From: an uncultured Phycisphaera sp.
Lineage (GTDB): Bacteria > Planctomycetota > Phycisphaerae > UBA1845
Assembly (NCBI GenBank): GCA_964646605.1
Contig: CAZYEX010000137.1
Coordinates: forward strand, 35,580-99,579
Direction: 5' to 3'
DNA length: 64,000 nucleotides
Shown: one piece after another, positions 57,012-64,000 of the stretch
Layout of the letters: the number at the start of each line of letters is the position of its first letter
Numbering within the stretch: position 1 is the stretch's first letter
Program-made: the position numbers and the translations under genes
Notes under the pieces: model-generated
The model's database searches: none
The model's input: only the letters and a program-made list of their open reading frames with translations
What the model was told of the DNA's origin: nothing

Positions 57012-58499
57012 CTACGACGGCGGCGAAATGCTGAGCGTGCGGACTTCAATGGCGACCACGGGCGACGGGCCGTCGAAGAGCACGGTGTCGGATCCCAGCG
57101 TGCGGTCCACCGGCGGGGGGAAAACCCACACGGAACGGAGAAGCTCCTCCGGATCGGGAGGGTTGTTCCAATCGGAGTCCGTACACTCCTCACAATGTGG
57201 ATCTCCCTCTGAAATGTCGATGTCTTCCTGTACGATTTCGCGGTCCAGCGTGAGCACGGCCTTTTCGCCGTTGGCGTCAACGATGCGGCGCCTCGTGACA
57301 CGGTAGATGTGCCCCTCAAGTTCATCCACGAACGTGGTCCCCGAAGGGAACATCGAAACCAGCATCGCCGCCGGTTTGCCTGCGATCGTGTCAGGAGGGA
57401 CCCGGATTTCCGACGGGACGTGGGTCGGGCGTTTTGGTGAGTCGTCCGGGGCGCTGCGATACGCGAGCGAACTAGGAAGCTCAACCTGGACCCGCCAGGC
57501 GACGGGTAGCAACACGTCATTGTCGCCATTGAGGGCCGCCGGCGACACGGGGACTGCGGGGCGTTCGAACTTGTACGGATCGGGAACGAGCTGGTCGTTC
57601 TGGCGGGCGTAGCGGTGCGTGCTCTGCGTGCGCCGCAACGTGACGTAATACAGGTCAAAGTTTCGCGTCGAGCCGATGGCGGCGGCAGCTTCGACCACCA
57701 ATTCGAGCGATTGTTCCGGAGTGATCGCGGGGGGCGTTCGCGGACGGGCGGGTCCCGCCGGTTGGCGAAGGCGATGCAGCGCTGCCCAAAAGAACTTTCG
57801 GTTGGACAGAAGGTCTCGCCAGCGGTCGTCCAACGGCGGGTAGCTGCGATCGGCCACGTTCACCTGCGGGAAGTAGAACGAGGCTTGTTGCCTGAAGCGA
57901 TCGCTCAAATTCACATCCTTTTCGGGGTCGTCACACGGAGGGTAGGCGGGATCCAGAAGATTGGTGACCTGCTCGAGTCGCCAAGGGTCCTCGGCAACAG
58001 TCTGGCCGTTGCTCAACCGCACGTTCCACATGTTTAATGCATGGACGCGGGTATCGCTGTAAAGGAGGATGCTGCAGAACGCATCCTCCGGTTTGTTCTC
58101 GCTGATGAACTCCTTGGCGAGTTGACGATCATAGAACAAATCCCCGGCGAGACTCCCGGAGTGGATCGCGGGTTCTTCGAATGGCGGACCGTCGCTCGGG
58201 TCCTTGATGGCCACCATACGGACGCCCGCCGGGCGCAGCAGGGCCTCGAGCGTGGCCCGGGCGGCGGCGGTGGTGGATTGCTCGATGGTGTGTTCGCTGA
58301 GGGTCCGGGCCCGATCCCAGGCTACGGGGAACATCGTGGCGACCATGATCAATCCCAGACCCAGAATCACGATGGCGATCATCATCTCGACAAGGGAAAA
58401 GGCACGACCATCAGAGCACCAGGCGCAAGCCTGGTGACACTGCGGAGGCGTGTCCGCGGGCTCGCGCCCGCGGCTCTGATGTGCTATACGCTGCTTCAT
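57012..58499 (-). CDS. Prepilin-type N-terminal cleavage/methylation-domain protein (pseudopilin-like), long leader
   Basis: DGRAFSLVEMMIAIVILGLGLIMVA class-III signal/N-methylation motif after a 31-aa leader; 495 aa. Confidence 0.7.
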   Translation of the reverse strand: MKQRIAHQSRGREPADTPPQCHQACAWCSDGRAFSLVEMMIAIVILGLGLIMVATMFPVAWDRARTLSEHTIEQSTTAAARATLEALLRPAGVRMVAIKDPSDGPPFEEPAIHSGSLAGDLFYDRQLAKEFISENKPEDAFCSILLYSDTRVHALNMWNVRLSNGQTVAEDPWRLEQVTNLLDPAYPPCDDPEKDVNLSDRFRQQASFYFPQVNVADRSYPPLDDRWRDLLSNRKFFWAALHRLRQPAGPARPRTPPAITPEQSLELVVEAAAAIGSTRNFDLYYVTLRRTQSTHRYARQNDQLVPDPYKFERPAVPVSPAALNGDNDVLLPVAWRVQVELPSSLAYRSAPDDSPKRPTHVPSEIRVPPDTIAGKPAAMLVSMFPSGTTFVDELEGHIYRVTRRRIVDANGEKAVLTLDREIVQEDIDISEGDPHCEECTDSDWNNPPDPEELLRSVWVFPPPVDRTLGSDTVLFDGPSPVVAIEVRTLSISPPS

Positions 58500-59560
58500 G
58501 GCGTTGTTTTCGCCACCGTTTCGCCGATCGGTCCGCGGATGACGACCCCGCTGATGCGATGCACGTAGAACGGCTGGGCCGAGTCGATCAGGAACTTCCG
58601 TTTCTGGCCCGGGTCCCCCGCGGCCGCAAACAAGGATTCGTCGTACACCAACAGTCCGTCAACCGAGGGGAAGTTCAGGGCCGTCCCCTCGCTCTCCGCC
58701 ACCAAGTCGACGTCCTCGATGCTCTTGTCGGGGTTGATCGGAAGCTCGCCCTTGCTGTTGTCCTGCCGGTAGTATTTCTTGATATCGTCGCGGACCTCCA
58801 ACCCCGTTAGGTCGCCGCCGCGGTTCTCCGCAGCGTCGGCGTCCAGGTCGCGGATGAGCACGTCGCGGCGCACGATCAGTTCGCCCGTCGCGGAATACAT
58901 CACGGTGAAGAAGTTGCGATGCCGCTGGGCCTGATCGGTGTCGGCGTTGGCCGGGGAGAAAAGGTCGCTATGGGCGAGTTCATCGGGATCGAAGCGCCGC
59001 GTCTTGTCGGGTTCCGTCTTTTCATCGTAGACCGCGTAGCGCGGCACGACGCGCATGGGAGCGGGAAGCGAGTAGCTGCGCTCGGGCACCACGTTGAACA
59101 CGTTTGCCCACGCCTCCCGGGTGCCTGGATCGTCGTCCAGCGTGACCTGCTCTATGGCCATGATGCGCTGCACGCCTTCGCCGTCCAGAAAAAAGAACAA
59201 ACCGCTTTCGTTCCCCACCAGCAGCGTCCGTTTGTTACCCGCGCTATCGGTGATGAACAGCGGTTCCCTTTGCGCTTCGCCCGACTGCAAGGCCCGGGCC
59301 CGCGCCGTCATGAATACGCCGCTGATCGTGTTTTGGGCTTCGGCGATGCGCCGATCGCGCCACATGGTGCTGGCCGCCGGAACCACCATCGTGAGCAGGG
59401 CGACGACGATGGCGACGACGATGACCATCTCGACGAGCGTAAAGGCCGAAGTTCGAAGTCCGAAGTTCGAAGTTCGAAGACCGCATCCGCCATTCACGGA
59501 CTCAACGGCGCCTCGCCCTTTTCCGAACTTTGAACTTTGAACTTTGAACTTCATGTTCAC
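58496..59560 (-). CDS. Prepilin-type N-terminal-domain protein (pseudopilin-like)
   Basis: SAFTLVEMVIVVAIVVALLTMVVPA after a 38-aa leader whose codons are heptamer repeats (KFKVQSSKF ... LRTSNFGLRTS). GTG start. Confidence 0.75.
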   Translation of the reverse strand: MNMKFKVQSSKFGKGRGAVESVNGGCGLRTSNFGLRTSAFTLVEMVIVVAIVVALLTMVVPAASTMWRDRRIAEAQNTISGVFMTARARALQSGEAQREPLFITDSAGNKRTLLVGNESGLFFFLDGEGVQRIMAIEQVTLDDDPGTREAWANVFNVVPERSYSLPAPMRVVPRYAVYDEKTEPDKTRRFDPDELAHSDLFSPANADTDQAQRHRNFFTVMYSATGELIVRRDVLIRDLDADAAENRGGDLTGLEVRDDIKKYYRQDNSKGELPINPDKSIEDVDLVAESEGTALNFPSVDGLLVYDESLFAAAGDPGQKRKFLIDSAQPFYVHRISGVVIRGPIGETVAKTTP

Positions 59561-60603
59561 TCGATCCCCTTGGCCAGTTTCTCGCGCAATTCGGGTTTGG
59601 CGTAGACGTTGTCGTAGTTGAGCGGGTTGTCGATCACGCCGTGAAGCGTCTCGTCCTCGAAGTCACCCACCAGCGAGGCCGTGCCCTTGTCGCCCATGAT
59701 GTCCTTGGTGAGTTGGTCCGCTCCGTTGGGGCCGTAGGAGAATAGCACCGGCACGCCCCCGTTGAGACGAATCAACTCCGTGGACGCCTCGTTCCAGTCC
59801 TCGTGATTGCTCGAGGGGATCTCGACATCCTCCTTCCAGTCGCGCTGGGCGAGGTAACTCAACGGGATGCCCCAGTCGTCGACGATGAAACGGACTTCAG
59901 AGTCGAACTCGCTATCCCATTCGGTATTGATGGTTGCGTCGCCGGGGTCAGGCCGAGAAAGGAAAATCGCCGGCTTGTCACCGTCGAGGGGTGCGGACGT
60001 CCGATTGCGGTCGGGAATGCGATCCAAGATTGCCGAACCGGATTCGCTCAGCGTCTCAATGGCCAATATCATCGCAAGCAAATCGCGGTGCTCGACGCGG
60101 TCCTTGGCTAGGTCCGCGCCGTCCTTGAAATATCGCATGGCTTCCCAAGGCGGATTGGCGTCGGTGGCAATGATCTGCGCTTTTCCCGGGGCGAGTGACC
60201 GGCTGACGTTTGCCGGCCCAGTACTTCCGGGCAGCCCTCCGGGCGTGAACACTTCCAACTCATCCGGGGGATAGGCGCCGTAACGATCCGAGTAGCTGAT
60301 CGTGTTCTTGGCAAGGTCGCCCTCGCCGGGCTTCTTGGGTTGTCGGGCTGAACTGATGGTCGGTCTGCCGCTCTGATCGCGTTTGAACTGCTCCAACGCC
60401 TCGCTGACCACGGTCAGGACGGACCGGGTGTTGTTGGTTCGACTCTTGTTAATCAACCCGGCGCTGGCGACCAGGATGGCGCTGACCAGAATGCCGATCA
60501 CGATGATGACGATGAGCATTTCGACGAGGGTGAGAGCGCGGCTGCGGCAAGACTGAAGTGAGAAGTGAGAAGACTGAAAACCAAGAAACGGGCGGGCGGA
60601 CAT
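59557..60603 (-). CDS. Prepilin-type N-terminal-domain protein (pseudopilin-like)
   Basis: SRALTLVEMLIVIIVIGILVSAILVA; 5' UTR is seven tandem GAAGANN heptamers. Confidence 0.75.
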   Translation of the reverse strand: MSARPFLGFQSSHFSLQSCRSRALTLVEMLIVIIVIGILVSAILVASAGLINKSRTNNTRSVLTVVSEALEQFKRDQSGRPTISSARQPKKPGEGDLAKNTISYSDRYGAYPPDELEVFTPGGLPGSTGPANVSRSLAPGKAQIIATDANPPWEAMRYFKDGADLAKDRVEHRDLLAMILAIETLSESGSAILDRIPDRNRTSAPLDGDKPAIFLSRPDPGDATINTEWDSEFDSEVRFIVDDWGIPLSYLAQRDWKEDVEIPSSNHEDWNEASTELIRLNGGVPVLFSYGPNGADQLTKDIMGDKGTASLVGDFEDETLHGVIDNPLNYDNVYAKPELREKLAKGIE

Positions 60604-60652
60604 CTTCTTCTCTCTTCTAACTTCAGTCTTCCGTCTTCGATCTTCAGTCTTC

Positions 60653-61738
60653 CTATTCCGTTTTCCGCGTCCAATTCGTCACGTCGTCGGCCGTGCCGTA
60701 GCGGGCGTCGGGACCGGCGCTGACCAGCAGGTAGGAGTCCTTCTGCACCGGCGTGGGCCTCGCTTTGACCGACGTATCGAGGATGAATCGGAAGAACGAA
60801 TGATCGTACTGCGTGTCCGTCAAGATCGTCTGGGGGTTGTAGTTCTGAACCGGCGGGTCGGGGACCTTGGCGACGGCGATGTTGTGGTAACACTTACCCC
60901 CGTTGCAAGTTCCTTCCGTGCCCTGCCCGAAGTCCAGACCATCATCGTTCTGTATTTGGCTGTCGCTACCCGTGATCACCCCGTTGTCCTCTTGCCAGAA
61001 AATCCCCGGCTCGCCCGATTTGCCGACCATCTTGATTCCCGCCGGACTGGCGCGGTAGTAAAGGATGGGATGGTCCCAGGGGTCGAGGAACACGCGCTCC
61101 CCGATAGCAGGGTCCGCACCTGCGGGCAACTTGAGGAGCTTTCCGCGATTGAAGAGGTCCTCGAACGACGCCGCGGCTTCCTTCATCTTTTCATCGACGT
61201 ATCCGCCGCCGCCGTAGCGCGGGAACTTCTCTTTGCCCTTGTCGTCGATCGCGTAGATGCCGGATTTCTTGGGATCCGCGTCGAATTTCTTGTGCGTGTC
61301 GTCAGACCAGAGTCCCTTGGAATCGCGGTTGATGTCGCGAAAGCCCGGCGTGCCCAGTCCGTCCGCTCCGATCATGGCATGCACGAGCAAATGGGCCCCG
61401 GCGATACGGACCTTCGTATTTGCATCTTCACCTTGTGGGTTAGCGATCTTCTGGCGGTCGGTCGGAGGATCCGTGTCATCCCCAGCAGATGGAGGAAGCG
61501 CTCCGCCCAGCGCCGCCTCGGCCCGGAAGGTCTGCAACCCGGTGTCCAAAGCCCGGAACTGGGCATTGGCTTGCGCGTATTTGGCTTTCTCCCGCACGGT
61601 CGAAAAGGCGGGCAGGAGCGCTGCGAGAAGAAGAGCGATGATGGCGATCACCACCAGCATTTCCACCAAGGTGAAGGCCCTCCAATGGTCGTATTGCCGG
61701 CTCGCTCTCATGTCGTTCGTCCTTTGTTTAGGCATCAA
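60653..61738 (-). CDS. Prepilin-type N-terminal-domain protein (Planctomycete DUF1559-like pseudopilin)
   Basis: WRAFTLVEMLVVIAIIALLLAALLPAFSTVREKA. Confidence 0.75.
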   Translation of the reverse strand: MMPKQRTNDMRASRQYDHWRAFTLVEMLVVIAIIALLLAALLPAFSTVREKAKYAQANAQFRALDTGLQTFRAEAALGGALPPSAGDDTDPPTDRQKIANPQGEDANTKVRIAGAHLLVHAMIGADGLGTPGFRDINRDSKGLWSDDTHKKFDADPKKSGIYAIDDKGKEKFPRYGGGGYVDEKMKEAAASFEDLFNRGKLLKLPAGADPAIGERVFLDPWDHPILYYRASPAGIKMVGKSGEPGIFWQEDNGVITGSDSQIQNDDGLDFGQGTEGTCNGGKCYHNIAVAKVPDPPVQNYNPQTILTDTQYDHSFFRFILDTSVKARPTPVQKDSYLLVSAGPDARYGTADDVTNWTRKTE

Positions 61739-62844
61739 TCCTGGGGCCAGGGCGGGAGATTGGAAGGATCGTCAGCGGTGCCGAATCGGCCGTCCACCCC
61801 GGCGCTGATGAGCAGGTAGGTATCCGAATTCACCGGTCGCAGCGGCACGTTCTCGGCGCGCTGGGTGGCGAGACCTGCGAACAGTTTCCGATCAATCACG
61901 TGGCGGGCGAAGGTCTCACGGTTGGCGTCGGCCACGATCTCGATACGGGTGAACCTAGCCCCGGAGCGGGCGATGGGGTGGGGACGTGCGGCGTTGCCGA
62001 AGTCCCACCCCGCCTCCTCCTCCGTCCCTGTGAACCCGACGTTATCCTCGTGAAAATAAAACGGCGGCCCCTCTTGCTGGATGCCACCGGTGTACTCATT
62101 CGTCAGCTCATGCTTGTCGCCGACCATATTCGTGGGTCGGCCATGCGTATTCGCCGCGTAGTAGAGAATCGGCTGATCAAATGCATCCACGATCACGGGA
62201 AGTTCTTGCATTCCGCGGAGGTTGTTGTTGTCCGTCCAACCGGGGAAAAGAGTCATGTTCGGACGGCCCGGAAGCTGCCTTGTTTTTCGTGTCGGGGTCC
62301 CGTTGGGATCAAGGTAAAGCTGCGTCCCTCGATCGGTAATCGCCTTCCCCGGTCCCAGGGCGTTCGCGGTATACCATTTGAACGGTTCCTTCCGGATGTC
62401 ATCGACATTGGGGACCAAGCTGCGCTTGATGTAGCCCAATTGGTCCACGCCCATGAGCATCGCGGGAAGCCAATGGGCGCCGTAAACAACCGGATTGGCG
62501 GGCAGGAACGGAAACTGACCGAGCTCGGGTTGGAAGCTGAAATCCTTATGGATCGGCGGATGCGAGAACGACGGAGGATACCCGTTGGTTTGCGGGAACT
62601 CGGAGCCGTTGTCCTGCTTGAACATCTCCAGGCCGACCTTCACCGACTCGATCGTTTTGAGGGTGGTCAGTTTCTTCGCCGCATTGCGGGCACTGCCCAG
62701 CGACGGAATCAGGATTCCGATGAGCAGCGAGATGATGAAAATCACAGTGAGCAGCTCGACGAGCGAGAAGCCTCGCCGGCGCCGGGCTCGAGCCTCGCCT
62801 CGCGGCGGGCGGGCATCTCGGTTCTGTCCTGCGCGGGGGTGCAT
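61735..62844 (-). CDS. Prepilin-type N-terminal-domain protein (Planctomycete DUF1559-like pseudopilin)
   Basis: RRGFSLVELLTVIFIISLLIGILIPSLGSARNAAKK. Confidence 0.75.
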   Translation of the reverse strand: MHPRAGQNRDARPPRGEARARRRRGFSLVELLTVIFIISLLIGILIPSLGSARNAAKKLTTLKTIESVKVGLEMFKQDNGSEFPQTNGYPPSFSHPPIHKDFSFQPELGQFPFLPANPVVYGAHWLPAMLMGVDQLGYIKRSLVPNVDDIRKEPFKWYTANALGPGKAITDRGTQLYLDPNGTPTRKTRQLPGRPNMTLFPGWTDNNNLRGMQELPVIVDAFDQPILYYAANTHGRPTNMVGDKHELTNEYTGGIQQEGPPFYFHEDNVGFTGTEEEAGWDFGNAARPHPIARSGARFTRIEIVADANRETFARHVIDRKLFAGLATQRAENVPLRPVNSDTYLLISAGVDGRFGTADDPSNLPPWPQD

Positions 62845-62868
62845 CCAGTTCGTTCCTTTCTTCTCGCC

Positions 62869-64000
62869 TTAGCCCTGCGAAACCGATTGAATCAACTGCA
62901 CCAGGGGCATGAACAAGGCGATGACAATGAACCCCACCATGCCGCCCAGCACCACGACCATGATCGGTTCGAGCAGGGACACCAAGCTGGCTACCGTGAC
63001 GTCGACCTCTTCCTCGTACGTATCCGCGACCTTGAGGAGCATCTTGTCCAGCTCACCGGTTTCCTCGCCGACGTCGATCATGTTGGTCACCAGCCCGTCG
63101 ACGACGTTGGCCGCCCGAAGCGGCGCCGCGAAACTCTCGCCCTCGCGGATGGAATCATGCACCTTTTCCATGGCCCGGGCGTAGACCTCGTTGCCCGCCG
63201 TCTCCTTGGTGATCTTCAGGGCTTCGAGGATCGGCACGCCGGCGCTGATGAGCGTACCGAGGGTTCGACCGAAACGGGCCACGGAGGTCTTCTGCACCAA
63301 GGTCCCCAAAACAGGTATCTTCAAAGCCACGAAGTCCACTACGTATCGCCCGCCCTGCGAAGAGCGGACCAGCTTAAACAAGGCGATCGCCGCCACGGGG
63401 CCGAAGAGAATCATCATCCATCCAGGCAGCGGCCTGCCGTTGACCACCCATTCCGACGTGCCCAGAAGCACGAGCGTCACGCCGGGCAAGGTCACGTCGA
63501 AGTCGGCGAAGATTTCCTTGAACTTCGGAATGACGAAGATCATGATGCCCACCACGATTCCCCCGGCAAAGGTGATCACGACGGCGGGATAGATCATGGC
63601 CCCGATGATCTTCCTCTTGAGCTTCTCGGCTTTCTCCATGAACTCGGCAAGGCGTTGCAAAATGACGTCGAGCACGCCGCCCGTCTCGCCTGCGGCCACC
63701 ATGTTGACATACAGGCGGTTGAAGGCTTTGGGATGCTTGCCGCACGCCTCGGAGAGCGTCGAACCGCCCTCGATTTCCTCGCCAACGGCGCGCAGAATGT
63801 TCTTGAGCGTTCCCGGTTTCTGCTGCTCGGCCAGGATGTGCAGGCTGCGAAGGATCGGCAGACCGGCGTCTTGCAGGGTGGACAACTGGCGGGTGATCTG
63901 CGTGATGTTCTTGGTCTTGACCCGTCCAAAGCCGAACGACCGGCCCTTCTTCTTTTTCCCGGTCGCGGCTTTGGCCTTGGCGCCGCCTTTTTCGCGGATG
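62869..64000 (-). CDS. gspF: Type II secretion / type IV pilus platform protein GspF/PilC family, 5'-truncated by window end
   Basis: Two GspF repeats (ILRSLHILAEQQKPGTLKNILRAV...; PILEALKITKETAGNEVYARAM...), three TM. Reading frame stays open to 64000 (upstream residues ...KKKGRSFGFGRVKTKNITQITRQL). Confidence 0.85.
   Translation of the reverse strand, partial: IREKGGAKAKAATGKKKKGRSFGFGRVKTKNITQITRQLSTLQDAGLPILRSLHILAEQQKPGTLKNILRAVGEEIEGGSTLSEACGKHPKAFNRLYVNMVAAGETGGVLDVILQRLAEFMEKAEKLKRKIIGAMIYPAVVITFAGGIVVGIMIFVIPKFKEIFADFDVTLPGVTLVLLGTSEWVVNGRPLPGWMMILFGPVAAIALFKLVRSSQGGRYVVDFVALKIPVLGTLVQKTSVARFGRTLGTLISAGVPILEALKITKETAGNEVYARAMEKVHDSIREGESFAAPLRAANVVDGLVTNMIDVGEETGELDKMLLKVADTYEEEVDVTVASLVSLLEPIMVVVLGGMVGFIVIALFMPLVQLIQSVSQG

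Overview
High-GC (about 65-70%) chromosomal segment with a Planctomycetota-like gene repertoire: BlaI/BlaR1 pairs, many prepilin-type N-terminal-domain proteins, a DUF1080-like protein and a split nuo cluster. Working only from the sequence and the ORF track, I recognise, in order: (1) a BlaI-family repressor and an unusually long BlaR1/M56 signal-transducer, directly upstream of a co-directional TPR protein, ExbB/TolQ-like and ExbD/TolR-like motor proteins and a 1421-aa TolB-propeller / prenyltransferase-like-toroid / carboxypeptidase-regulatory-domain protein; (2) a secreted multi-Kazal inhibitor lipoprotein and an M20 amidohydrolase; (3) housekeeping genes (NifS-like cysteine desulfurase, NAD(P)HX dehydratase, LarB-like, FliA-type sigma factor); (4) a decayed mobile-DNA patch with a frameshifted IS1182/IS5-family transposase remnant, two long inverted-repeat hairpins and a roughly 777-nt ORF-less group II intron; (5) a tight six-gene minus-strand operon (AsnB-like amidotransferase without the glutaminase Cys, radical SAM, halogenase-like flavoprotein, HAD, SDR, small zinc-ribbon protein) that looks like an uncharacterised biosynthetic/modification cassette; (6) a flotillin/NfeD pair preceded by an array of palindromic repeats; (7) a nuoH-J-K-L-M-N block after a 1.4-kb repeat-rich non-coding gap; (8) uppP, pgsA, rimO, an ECF sigma with a putative anti-sigma, and an NhaC-type antiporter; (9) a MacA/MacB-like ABC efflux set with two paralogous permeases; (10) five consecutive prepilin-type pseudopilin genes plus a GspF/PilC platform gene running off the window end. 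The most unusual non-genic signal is a family of heptamer-periodic inverted repeats at the 5' ends of pseudopilin genes and in the nuoJ-nuoK spacer. No rRNA, tRNA or CRISPR array was recognised. All functional calls rest on motif/family recognition by eye, not on database searches.
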